64,000 bases of DNA, taken from the NCBI GenBank assembly GCA_043778045.1, contig JAYWGW010000059.1, positions 552-64,551 of the forward strand, written 5' to 3'. Numbering within the stretch: the stretch's first letter is position 1; the number at the start of each line of letters is the position of its first letter. The position numbers were made by a program, and so were the translations under genes. Below, in pieces: positions 40,229-49,296 of this stretch. Source of the stretch: Bacteroidota bacterium. GTDB taxonomy: Bacteria; Bacteroidota; Bacteroidia; Flavobacteriales; Flavobacteriaceae. The notes under the pieces were generated by a model. It worked only from the letters and a program-made list of their open reading frames with translations, made no database searches and had not been told where the DNA came from.

Positions 40229-41200
40229 TCAGATCTTATTTTTATGAATTTTTTTGTAAACAATATATGGATAAACAAGATAGTAAAATGAGATGAGAAA
40301 CAATGTAAAAAGTATGATGGTCACGCTTGTATAATTTTCCATATCAACAGAAAACCTTGTGATATATCCTTCCAAAAATCCTGCAGCAATTGTAAATGGT
40401 GTTGTTGAAAGAAAAATTTTCAGACTTTTTTTGAATCCTATTTTAAAAGAATCTATTCTGGAAAAAGTTTTTGGAAACAATATAGACGCACCCAAAATAA
40501 ATCCCGCTGCAGATTCAATGACGATTGCAAAAATTTCCATCGAGCCATGAATCCAAATCCCACGAACACTTTCCCAAAAAACACCTTGCTGATAGAAAAA
40601 ATATTGAAAACTGCCCAGCATAATGCAATTTTGTAACAACGCCATAAAAGTGCCAATGCCAAGAAAGACGCCGTAAATGTAGCATCGCAATCCAACATAA
40701 AGGTTATTCATCGTAATGCCAATAAAGCTTCCCCATGTGCTTCCTGACTTGTAAACCGCCATTGGATTTCCATCTTTGATGTTGTCTAAAGTCATGTTAA
40801 CATACGAATCTCCAAGTATAAGTCGCACAAAACTATCATCATATTTTGCTGAAACAACGCCAATTCCGACTGCCATAAAAAACAGTAAAAAGGCATAGAG
40901 TACATATCTTTTATACTCAAAAACAATTAGCGGGACTTCGGTTTTAAAAAAATAAAGCAACCGATTGGTTTCTTGTCGTTTGGTTTTGTAGATTCGCTGA
41001 AAGATTTGCGAAGTCAGGTAGTTGAGGTAAACTACGGTTTTGCTTTTCGTGTAAAAAGTTTGGGCATAACTCAAATCGTTTACTAATTGAATGTAAAGAT
41101 TTGCCATTTCATCGGGGTTTTTTTTGGTGTCGCCAAAAATTGCCTTTTCAAATGATTGCCATTTTTCTTTGTTTTGTTTTATGAATGCCACTTCTCTCAT
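40229..41200 (-). CDS. Stage II sporulation protein M (DUF95) family membrane protein
   Basis: MRE.AFIKQN, DLSYAQTFY, YVNMT..NI, I..NN and IWIHG.MEI motifs. Confidence 0.88.
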   Translation of the reverse strand: MREVAFIKQNKEKWQSFEKAIFGDTKKNPDEMANLYIQLVNDLSYAQTFYTKSKTVVYLNYLTSQIFQRIYKTKRQETNRLLYFFKTEVPLIVFEYKRYVLYAFLLFFMAVGIGVVSAKYDDSFVRLILGDSYVNMTLDNIKDGNPMAVYKSGSTWGSFIGITMNNLYVGLRCYIYGVFLGIGTFMALLQNCIMLGSFQYFFYQQGVFWESVRGIWIHGSMEIFAIVIESAAGFILGASILFPKTFSRIDSFKIGFKKSLKIFLSTTPFTIAAGFLEGYITRFSVDMENYTSVTIILFTLFLISFYYLVYPYIVYKKIHKNKI

Positions 41201-41220
41201 CGAGTGCTAAAATATAAATT

Positions 41221-41964
41221 ATGTCGCAATTAACAATCAATACAACCCAAAATGTGAACATAAATTTCACAGCTGCATCGCTCGGACAACGTTTGCTATC
41301 TTTTATGACCGATTCGTTGATTCAAATAGCGTACATTATTGCAATATTATGGTTGGTTTTCAATATATTTGGAGTTGGCGATGTTATCAGAAATTGGGAT
41401 TCATGGTCGCAAGCAGCAGTTTATATTGTTGTTTTTTTGCCAATAATGTTTTATACTATCATTCAGGAAAGCATTTTTGAAGGTCAAACTTTCGGCAAAC
41501 GTTTATTGAAAATAAAAGTCGTTAAGATTGATGGCTATCAAGCAACTTTTGGAGATTATCTAATTCGTTGGTTGTTTCGAGTGATTGACATTTTTTCAAA
41601 CACAGGATTGGTGGCGTTAATAAGCATTATTGTATCAGACAAATCACAACGTTTGGGTGACATTTCAGCTGGAACAGCTGTGATTTCATTAAAAAATAAT
41701 ATATCAATAAACAGCACCATTCTCGAAGAAATTGATCAAGAATATCAACCAGTTTATCCATTGGTAATCAAGCTTTCAGACAATGATGTTCGTATTGTCA
41801 AAGAAACCTACGGCGATGCACGACGCGTAAACAATCCAGAATTACTGCATAAACTACGTCTAAAAATTGAAGAAGTAACAGGCATCAAAAACAAGTCAGG
41901 CAACAATCATGATTTTATAAAAACCATATTGAAAGATTATAGTTTTTACACGCAAAATATGTGA
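41221..41964 (+). CDS. RDD family membrane protein
   Basis: ASLGQRLLS..D, GQTFGKRLLKIKVV and QRLGDISAGT motifs. Confidence 0.9.
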   Translation: MSQLTINTTQNVNINFTAASLGQRLLSFMTDSLIQIAYIIAILWLVFNIFGVGDVIRNWDSWSQAAVYIVVFLPIMFYTIIQESIFEGQTFGKRLLKIKVVKIDGYQATFGDYLIRWLFRVIDIFSNTGLVALISIIVSDKSQRLGDISAGTAVISLKNNISINSTILEEIDQEYQPVYPLVIKLSDNDVRIVKETYGDARRVNNPELLHKLRLKIEEVTGIKNKSGNNHDFIKTILKDYSFYTQNM

Positions 41965-41967
41965 TTT

Positions 41968-42284
41968 AAGTCGAAAGTCGAAAGTCAAAAGTTGAAAGTC
42001 GAAAGTTGAAAGTTTTTGAAAGTTTCTGAAAGTTCATTAATCTAATATATTATTTTTCAAAATGATTATTTGTATTTTATTCAGTTAAAAACGTAGCAAT
42101 ATATAAGAGCTTTTTCTTTGTGGGCTTTGTGGCTTTGTAGCAAAATTGAGTAGCGTAAATTTTATGGATACAATATTGCACTAATAACATAAGGAATTTA
42201 TGATTTACAACCGAAAGACTTTCGACGTTCGACTTTACAACTTTCGACTTTTAAACTTTTAAACTTTTAAACTTTCGACTTTTA
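41968..42284. repeat. Inverted pair of heptamer arrays
   Basis: gaaagtc-type array at 41968-42034 and its reverse complement gactttc-type at 42218-42284. Confidence 0.8.
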
Positions 42285-42286
42285 CC

Positions 42287-42294
42287 TATATTTG
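42287..42294 (+). promoter_or_regulatory. -7 promoter element of the MATE gene
   Basis: TATATTTG 16 nt before the TTG start. Confidence 0.5.
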
Positions 42295-42310
42295 CAAAAA
42301 AAAATCCATC

Positions 42311-43702
42311 TTGAATTTTAAACAATACACAAACGAATTCCGATATAACTTCAAACTCGCTTTACCAGTAATTCTTGGAATGTTGGGGCATACATTAATA
42401 GGTATTGTCGATAATTTTATGGTCGGAAATTTGGGTTCCACTGAGCTTGCCGCCGTTTCACTTGGCAACAGTTTCATTTTCATTGGAATGTCCTTGGGAA
42501 TTGGTTTTTCAACCGCAATTACGCCACTTGTTGCCGAAGCAAATGCCGAAGGCGATACCAAAAAAATACGAAGTTGGTTCTTGCATGGGTTGCTTTTATG
42601 CACCATTTTGGGCATAGCTGTTTTTGCCTTAATTGTGCTCTCAAAGCCCTTGATGTTACTCATGAATCAACCTGCAGCCGTGGTTGAGATGGCAACGCCC
42701 TACATTGACTGGGTTGCGTTTTCGCTGATTCCCGTTATTATGTATCAGGGTTACAAACAATTTGCCGACGGACTTTCGCTCACCAAATATTCCATGTATG
42801 CCATTATTTTAACGAACGTTGTCCATGTTTTTTTTAATTATGTGCTCATTTATGGTGTTTGGGGTTTTCCAAAACTTGGCATTATTGGTGCAGCTTTAGG
42901 AACTGTAATTTCTCGAATCATGATGGTTGTTTTCATTCATTATCTGTTGAAATATAACAAACAAATTCAACCCTATTTTAAAAAATTCAGCTTTCGCGAA
43001 ATCAAAAAGTCAGCAATTAAAAAAATTGTTAATCTTGGACTACCATCTGCCATGCAAATGCTTTTTGAAGTGGCGCTTTTCACAGCTGCCATTTGGCTTT
43101 GTGGAAGCATCAGCAAAAACAGTCAGGCTGCCAACCAAATAGCGTTAACATTGGCTTCGGCAACGTTCATGTTTGCCATGGGTTTTAACGTCACTGCCAT
43201 GATTCGCGTGGGCAATGCCAAAGGATTGAACGACATAAAAGGTATGATTGTGCAGGCAAAATCCATTTTTCTGATGGCAATAATTGTAGAATCCTTCTTC
43301 GCAATTCTATTTATTATTTTTTATAAAATTTTGCCGCCTTTGTTTCTCAATATGTCCGATCCTGCGCAAGCAATTGACAATGTTGAGGTAATTGCCATTG
43401 CCGCGCAGTTGTTGATTGTAACTGCATTTTTTCAAATTTCAGATGGCATTCAAGTCGTAGTTATTGGAGCCTTGCGCGGACTTCAAGATGTAAAAATTCC
43501 AATGTACATAACCTTCGTGGCATATTGGATCATTGGTTTTCCAATTTCATATTATCTCGGATTGCACACCAATCTCGGTGCCGTTGGTGTTTGGATCGGT
43601 CTTTTAGCAGGACTCACCGCAGCCGCAATTTTCCTATTCATTAGGTTTCAAAACCTAACAAAAAAACTACTCAGACTGTCCATCGAAAGTGAAAATTATT
43701 AG
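42311..43702 (+). CDS. MATE family efflux transporter (NorM-like)
   Basis: About 12 TMs; DNFMVG.LG..ELAA, LGLPSAMQ..FE, RVGNA.G, QISDG.Q...GALRG.QD; TTG start. Confidence 0.92.
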   Translation: MNFKQYTNEFRYNFKLALPVILGMLGHTLIGIVDNFMVGNLGSTELAAVSLGNSFIFIGMSLGIGFSTAITPLVAEANAEGDTKKIRSWFLHGLLLCTILGIAVFALIVLSKPLMLLMNQPAAVVEMATPYIDWVAFSLIPVIMYQGYKQFADGLSLTKYSMYAIILTNVVHVFFNYVLIYGVWGFPKLGIIGAALGTVISRIMMVVFIHYLLKYNKQIQPYFKKFSFREIKKSAIKKIVNLGLPSAMQMLFEVALFTAAIWLCGSISKNSQAANQIALTLASATFMFAMGFNVTAMIRVGNAKGLNDIKGMIVQAKSIFLMAIIVESFFAILFIIFYKILPPLFLNMSDPAQAIDNVEVIAIAAQLLIVTAFFQISDGIQVVVIGALRGLQDVKIPMYITFVAYWIIGFPISYYLGLHTNLGAVGVWIGLLAGLTAAAIFLFIRFQNLTKKLLRLSIESENY

Positions 43703-43712
43703 TGAATATTTT

Positions 43713-43864
43713 GGGCGTTCCCTCGCACCCGCGATTGCTTCGTGCCTCGCAATAGCGGGAGCGGGCGGGCTTTTCGTTCCCAAACTTTTTGCCTTCAAAG
43801 TCATTGCGAGGGATGAAGCAATCTTTTCAACGGCAAAAAGGTTTTCCACTGCAATCCCTAACGC
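43713..43864 (+). repeat. REP/MITE-like element, copy B, with complementary hairpin loops
   Basis: gggcg..cccgc[gattgcttcgtgcctcgcaat]agcggg..cttttt gcc[..attgcgagggatgaagcaatc..]ggcaaaaagg ttttccactgcaatccctaacgc. Confidence 0.85.
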
Positions 43865-44047
43865 GGAAAAAAGTCATAAGTCACAAGTCGAAAGTCAAAA
43901 GTGAATTATGAAAAGCAAAAATTTGTAAAACGACTCATTTTACATTTTGCAGAAAACATATTACATCTTTCATCTATTTATTTCTATAAAAAGTTGTAAC
44001 TATTTCTGCTTTCCATCGTATAATAATTAAAATCTAAATTCCTAAAA

Positions 44048-44956
44048 ATGATACTATTTATAATCCTCGGAGCCATTCTATTTTTCGTAGGTTTCGCATT
44101 AAAAAGCAACTACAATAATCCGCTATCAAAATACGCCGACAAATTCAAAATTGCAGGTGTAGTAATTGCATTACTTGGCATTCTTTCAGGTATGTTCGTA
44201 CAAGTAAACGCTGGAAAAGTTGGCGTAAAATCCTTGTACGGAAGCGTGCAACCCGACATTTTAGAAAGCGGACTCAACATCGTAAATCCTTTTATGGACA
44301 TTACCAATTTCGACATTCAAACCCAAAACTACACCATGTCTGAAACGCACGACGAGGGCGACAAAGCAGGCGACGATGCCATTCGTGTTTTGTCAAACGA
44401 TGGATTGGAAGTTGTAATTGATTTAACGGTTTTGTATAAAATTTTGCCGTCCGATGCCCCAAAAATTTACAAGCAAATTGGCGAAGATTATTCAGAAAAA
44501 ATTGTGCGACCAATCACCCGAACACGAATTCGCGACAACGCTGTTTTCTATGATGCCGTGGCACTATATTCAACCAAAAGAAACGAATTTCAACAGCGAA
44601 TTTTCAAATCCATCGAAGCCGATTTCAAAGCTCGCGGATTGGTGCTTGAGCAACTTTTGATCAGAAATATCAATCTTCCCAAATCGGTAAAAACGACCAT
44701 TGAAAGCAAAATTAATGCCGAACAAGAAGCCCAAAAAATGACATTCGTGCTTCAAAAAGAAAAACAAGAAGCCGAACGCAAACGTGTCGAAGCGCAAGGA
44801 ATTGCTGACGCACAGCGCATCATTTCCACAGGACTTTCAGACAAACAATTGCAATACGAAGCCATCAAAGCGCAAAAAGAATTGGCGGCCTCGCCAAACA
44901 CTAAAATAATTTTTATGGGAAAAGGCAATGGTTCCGTAATTTTGTCGGATAAGTAA
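44048..44956 (+). CDS. SPFH/prohibitin (band 7) family protein
   Basis: N-terminal TMs, VLSNDGL, IRNINLP and KINAEQEAQKM..VLQKEKQEAERKRVEAQGIA coiled coil. Confidence 0.92.
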   Translation: MILFIILGAILFFVGFALKSNYNNPLSKYADKFKIAGVVIALLGILSGMFVQVNAGKVGVKSLYGSVQPDILESGLNIVNPFMDITNFDIQTQNYTMSETHDEGDKAGDDAIRVLSNDGLEVVIDLTVLYKILPSDAPKIYKQIGEDYSEKIVRPITRTRIRDNAVFYDAVALYSTKRNEFQQRIFKSIEADFKARGLVLEQLLIRNINLPKSVKTTIESKINAEQEAQKMTFVLQKEKQEAERKRVEAQGIADAQRIISTGLSDKQLQYEAIKAQKELAASPNTKIIFMGKGNGSVILSDK

Positions 44957-44969
44957 TTTTAAGTAAAAA

Positions 44970-45195
44970 GAATTACGAATTACGAATTGAGAATTACGAG
45001 TTAAGCAGTTTAAAAAAGAATCAAGAATCTATCAATGTATTTAAAATAATCAAGAATATAAAATTTTAAGGTATCTTATTTTTTAAATTTAATCATCTAC
45101 AACTTAATTCGTGTTCTTCGTAATTCACGATTCTCAATTCGTAATTCGTAATTCTCAATTCGTAATTTTTATCTCGTAATTCAAAATTCGTAATT
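44970..45195. repeat. Inverted pair of heptamer arrays
   Basis: gaattac-type array at 44970-45002 and gtaattc-type array at 45106-45195. Confidence 0.8.
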
Positions 45196-45228
45196 TTTCT
45201 CACACTTTACTAAAAACCTTTCACAAAC

Positions 45229-45459
45229 ATGGAACTACCAAAATTTTTATTAGGCGACAACACAGATTGTCCAGAAGATATTTTCATCATTCACCTTGAT
45301 TATCCTCGGTTTATCATTAATCTAAAAGACGACGAAGTTGAAATTATGGAAGATGCCGAAGACCTTGATGAAGCGGAACTAAATCAAGAAATGGAAGGTT
45401 TAATTTTATTAGCAAATGATTTCTACGACCGCGAAATGGAACGATACGAAGGAGAATAA
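45229..45459 (+). CDS. Small highly acidic hypothetical protein
   Basis: 76 aa ORF, MELPKFLLGDN..., 25 Asp/Glu versus 5 Lys/Arg. Confidence 0.75.
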   Translation: MELPKFLLGDNTDCPEDIFIIHLDYPRFIINLKDDEVEIMEDAEDLDEAELNQEMEGLILLANDFYDREMERYEGE

Positions 45460-45474
45460 TATTTGCAAATGATT

Positions 45475-46560
45475 TTAAATATTGGTTTTTTTCGTAAAAT
45501 ATGCATCGGTTAATAGTTTTGCGGCTAAAAATGGCGACAACAATCCATTTTTAACGTCAATTTCTTTCTCTTTCAACATATTGGAAAATTCCTGATTATT
45601 GTAAAAATGATTTTTCAGCGATTCATTTATGGTTTCCAACATCCAAAACTGATTTTGTTCCGCTCGATGATGTTCAAAATAGTCATTTGCCTTTGTAAGG
45701 TCAATATATTCTGTAATTATTGACCAAACATTTGCAATACCAATATTTTCTACCGCACTGCAAGTTGTTACTTTAGGCAACCAACCAGATTTTTTCATGG
45801 CAAAAAAATGTAATGCCCTGCCAATTTCCGTTGATGCTAATCGCGCTTTTGTGACGTTGTCGCCATCTGCTTTGTTGACAATCACAAGATCTGCCATTTC
45901 CATAATACCACGCTTTATACCTTGCAAACCATCGCCTGCTCCAGCCAAATTGAGTAATAGAAAAAAATCGACCATACTATGAACCGCTGTTTCGCTCTGA
46001 CCGACACCAACTGTTTCTATCAAAATAATATCAAAACCTGAGGCCTCACATAAAGTAATCGTTTCTCGTGTTTTTCGTGCAACGCCACCCAAAGTCCCAC
46101 CAGAAGCGGATGGGCGTACAAAAGCATTATTATCTTTAACTAATTCTTCCATGCGGGTTTTATCGCCAAGAATGCTTCCATTGCTGATGTTACTGCTCGG
46201 ATCGACTGCTAAGACCGCTACTCTTTTGCCAATGTTTGTTAGGTATTTTCCAAAAACTTCTATAAAAGTGCTTTTTCCAACGCCTGGAACACCTGTAATG
46301 CCAATTCTGATTGATTTATTGGCATGTGGCAAACACGCATCTACGATGTCATGTGCTACGGAAAAATGATTGTTGTTGGTACTTTCAATTAAAGTTATTG
46401 CCCTACTCAGTGCCGTTATATTTCTGTTCAGAATGCCATTAATCAATTCATTGGCATCGAGAATATTTTTACGCAATTGCCGAATTTTTGCAACTGAAAC
46501 AACACTCACAATTTCGGGTGACGCAATTCCATCATTCTCTGTCAAAGCAGACTTTTTCAT
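45475..46560 (-). CDS. meaB: Methylmalonyl-CoA mutase-associated GTPase MeaB/ArgK
   Basis: GITGVPGVGKST, AVDPSS..S.GSILGDKTRM, ETVGVGQSE, LQGIKRGIME and NKAD motifs. Confidence 0.95.
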   Translation of the reverse strand: MKKSALTENDGIASPEIVSVVSVAKIRQLRKNILDANELINGILNRNITALSRAITLIESTNNNHFSVAHDIVDACLPHANKSIRIGITGVPGVGKSTFIEVFGKYLTNIGKRVAVLAVDPSSNISNGSILGDKTRMEELVKDNNAFVRPSASGGTLGGVARKTRETITLCEASGFDIILIETVGVGQSETAVHSMVDFFLLLNLAGAGDGLQGIKRGIMEMADLVIVNKADGDNVTKARLASTEIGRALHFFAMKKSGWLPKVTTCSAVENIGIANVWSIITEYIDLTKANDYFEHHRAEQNQFWMLETINESLKNHFYNNQEFSNMLKEKEIDVKNGLLSPFLAAKLLTDAYFTKKTNI

Positions 46561-46974
46561 TTATAGATTGAATTTTAAACAAAACTACAAAAAAATAAAA
46601 CAATTAATTTTATTAGGCTATGGTCTAAAATATATATTTAAATTAATATTTTTTTTGTTACAATATTAAAGCATCACAAAGATTTAGAACTTATATTACG
46701 AAAAATCTGTGCAAATCAATATAATCTGTGGCAAAAATTATTTACATATATTAGATAGACTAATGACTTTTATTATAATCTCAAATTACGCAGTAGCAAT
46801 TTCTTCGCCAAACTTTAGCGTTGTACCAGAACTTTTCTTTGTTAACTTTCTGTCTCCGCCACGGCAGACAGGTTTGTGGCATAAATATTTTGATGATTTA
46901 TTGGTATAAAAACACAATCATTTATTGAATACATAAATGCCATACATCATACTTTAATATTAAAAACAAAACCT

Positions 46975-46982
46975 TACTTTTG
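46975..46982 (+). promoter_or_regulatory. -7 promoter element of trxB
   Basis: TACTTTTG about 30 nt before the ATG. Confidence 0.45.
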
Positions 46983-47013
46983 TATATTAAAAATCAAAAT
47001 TCATACATACAAA

Positions 47014-47961
47014 ATGTCTCAAGAAATAGAAAAAATAAAGTGTCTTATAATAGGTTCAGGACCAGCAGGATATACTGCAGCAATTTACGCGGCTCGTGCC
47101 AATATGTTTCCAGTTCTATATCAAGGAACGCAACCTGGTGGACAGTTGACAACTACAAATGAAGTCGAAAATTGGCCAGGAAACCCAGAAGGAATAACGG
47201 GTCCAGAAATGATGATTCAAATTATGGAACAAGCAAAACGGTTCGGAACCGATGTGCGCGATGGTTGGGCAACAAAAGTTGATTTTTCGGGCGATATACA
47301 TAAAGTTTGGATTAATGAAAGTAAAGAATTACACTGCGAAACCGTAATTATTTCCACAGGCGCAACTGCCAAATATCTTGGACTTCCGTCCGAACAACAC
47401 TATTTGCAAACAGGCGGTGGCGTTTCTGCATGCGCAATTTGCGACGGCTTTTTCTATCGAAACCAAGAGGTTGTGATTGTGGGTGCGGGAGATTCTGCTT
47501 GCGAAGAAGCGCATTATTTGTCGAAACTTTGCAAAAAAGTGACCATGCTTGTGCGCTCAGAAAAATTTAGAGCCTCAAAAATAATGGAAGCACGTGTGCG
47601 AAACACTTCAAACATCGAAATTTTAATGAACCACGACACAGTTGAAGTTTTGGGCGATGGGCAGGTAGTTACAGGCGTTCACGCACTAAACAAAACAGAC
47701 GATACGACTTTTGAAATCCCGGCAACAGGATTTTTCGTCGCTATCGGCCACAAACCAAACACCGATATTTTTAAAGAATATCTCACGCTCGACGAAACAG
47801 GCTATATCATCAACACGCCAGGCACATCAAAAACCAATGTTGAAGGCATTTTTGTGGGTGGCGACGCTGCCGATCATGTCTACAGACAAGCTATCACGGC
47901 AGCAGGAACGGGTTGCATGGCCGCCTTGGATGCCGAAAGATATTTAGCATCCAAAGAATAA
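47014..47961 (+). CDS. trxB: Thioredoxin-disulfide reductase
   Basis: IIGSGPAGYTAAIY, SACAICDG (CxxC), VGAGDSA and RQAITAAG.GC motifs. Confidence 0.97.
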   Translation: MSQEIEKIKCLIIGSGPAGYTAAIYAARANMFPVLYQGTQPGGQLTTTNEVENWPGNPEGITGPEMMIQIMEQAKRFGTDVRDGWATKVDFSGDIHKVWINESKELHCETVIISTGATAKYLGLPSEQHYLQTGGGVSACAICDGFFYRNQEVVIVGAGDSACEEAHYLSKLCKKVTMLVRSEKFRASKIMEARVRNTSNIEILMNHDTVEVLGDGQVVTGVHALNKTDDTTFEIPATGFFVAIGHKPNTDIFKEYLTLDETGYIINTPGTSKTNVEGIFVGGDAADHVYRQAITAAGTGCMAALDAERYLASKE

Positions 47962-47998
47962 TTAATAGCTTTCGTCTAATTTTTATGTGATTTATTTA

Positions 47999-48075
47999 GC
48001 CACAGATTACAAGGATTTTCACAGATTTTTATTATCATAACTTCTAAATCTTTTTTAATCTTTTTAATCTGTGGC
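47999..48075. repeat. Nonamer-based inverted-repeat element
   Basis: gccacagatta (47999) ... taatctgtggc (48075), 11-bp inverted repeat; solo right half at 46703-46737. Confidence 0.7.
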
Positions 48076-48156
48076 AAAAACTATACGAACTTAAATATAC
48101 ATTTTTGACCACAGTCTTGAAAAATAATAACCCACAACCTCAAACCACTTCAAATA

Positions 48157-48765
48157 ATGCTAATAATCGGAATCGCAGGCGGAACAGGATCGGGCAAAAC
48201 CACGGTCGTGCATCAAATCATGAACGAGTTGCCACAGACCGAAGTCGGCATCATTTCGCAAGATTCATATTACAAAGAGACAAACAATTTGGCTTATGAA
48301 GAGCGCGCACTCATCAATTTTGACCATCCACGCGCCATAGATTTTGAGCTTTTGGTGCAACATCTAAAAGAATTAAAAGTGGGAAATGTCATCAATCAGC
48401 CCGTATATTCGTTCGTCACACACAACCGTACCGACGACACCATCAGCACACATCCCCGAAAAGTGATGATTGTCGAAGGAATTCTCATCCTTGCGAATCC
48501 AGAGCTTCGCGAGCTTTTCGATATAAAAATCTACGTACATGCCGATTCCGACGAGCGCCTCATCCGTCGTCTAAAACGCGACATTGCAGAGCGTGGCAGA
48601 GACATGGAAGAAGTGCTCAATCGCTACCAAACCACACTAAAACCAATGCATCAGCAGTTCATCGAGCCCACAAAAGCCTTCGCCGACATCATCATTCCAA
48701 ATGATAAATACAACACTGTAGCCATCGACGTCGTCCGCGCCGTCATTAACCAGAAAATCTCTTAA
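48157..48765 (+). CDS. udk: Uridine kinase
   Basis: IGIAGGTGSGKTT, QDSYY, NFDHP, EGIL and RRLKRD..ERGR motifs. Confidence 0.96.
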   Translation: MLIIGIAGGTGSGKTTVVHQIMNELPQTEVGIISQDSYYKETNNLAYEERALINFDHPRAIDFELLVQHLKELKVGNVINQPVYSFVTHNRTDDTISTHPRKVMIVEGILILANPELRELFDIKIYVHADSDERLIRRLKRDIAERGRDMEEVLNRYQTTLKPMHQQFIEPTKAFADIIIPNDKYNTVAIDVVRAVINQKIS

Positions 48766-48790
48766 AAACAACTTATAAGCACAATATTTT

Positions 48791-48930
48791 GAAGCTATTC
48801 CTGCTCTTCGCTTCAATCTTTTTTCAAAAACCTTTTTTTCTTGGCTCAAAAAGGAGCTTCTATGGTCGCTCTTTTTGAACCAGAAAAAATAGTTTTTTTT
48901 CAAAAAGGCTTTCCACTACAATCAGGGCTA
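48791..48930 (+). repeat. REP/MITE-like element, copy C
   Basis: gaagc..cctgctcttcgcttcaatc-tttttt[long stem-loop]aaaaagg-ctttccactacaatcagggcta. Confidence 0.75.
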
Positions 48931-48963
48931 TGGCATCCATAACACATAAAAATATTTCTAAAA

Positions 48964-49296
48964 ATGAAAAAATTTTTCACATCAATAAAAGGAAAACCAC
49001 TATTGAAATGGTTCACAAATAAATATGTGTTGGTTTTCATTTTTTTTGCGGTTTGGATGCTGTTTCTCGACAACTATTCCTTCATTGAACATCGTGTTTT
49101 AAACAAACAAATCAACGAGTTAGAAGACAACAGAGACTATTATCAAACAGAAATCAACACCGATCAAAAGAAAATCAAAAACCTAAAAAACCCTGATAAT
49201 ATCGAAAAATATGCCCGCGAAAAATATTTCATGAAAAAAGATTCCGAAGACATTTTCATCGTAGAATATGAAGAAGATTCTATAAAAAATAAATGA
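48964..49296 (+). CDS. FtsB/DivIC family septum formation initiator
   Basis: One TM (NKYVLVFIFFAVWMLFLD), coiled coil and EKYAREKYFMK motif. Confidence 0.85.
   Translation: MKKFFTSIKGKPLLKWFTNKYVLVFIFFAVWMLFLDNYSFIEHRVLNKQINELEDNRDYYQTEINTDQKKIKNLKNPDNIEKYAREKYFMKKDSEDIFIVEYEEDSIKNK

Noticed and set aside
43689-43904. Similar-looking short ORFs at 43667-43904 and 62786-63039
   Set aside because: They are translations of REP-like copies B and E; the similarity is at the DNA repeat level
41968-45195. Tandem arrays as a CRISPR array
   Set aside because: Units are 7-9 nt, contiguous and degenerate, with no unique spacers and no cas genes
46786-46830. GEEIATA* as a tmRNA tag
   Set aside because: Does not match the Bacteroidota tag ending (..YALAA), and no tRNA-like ends or pseudoknots are visible
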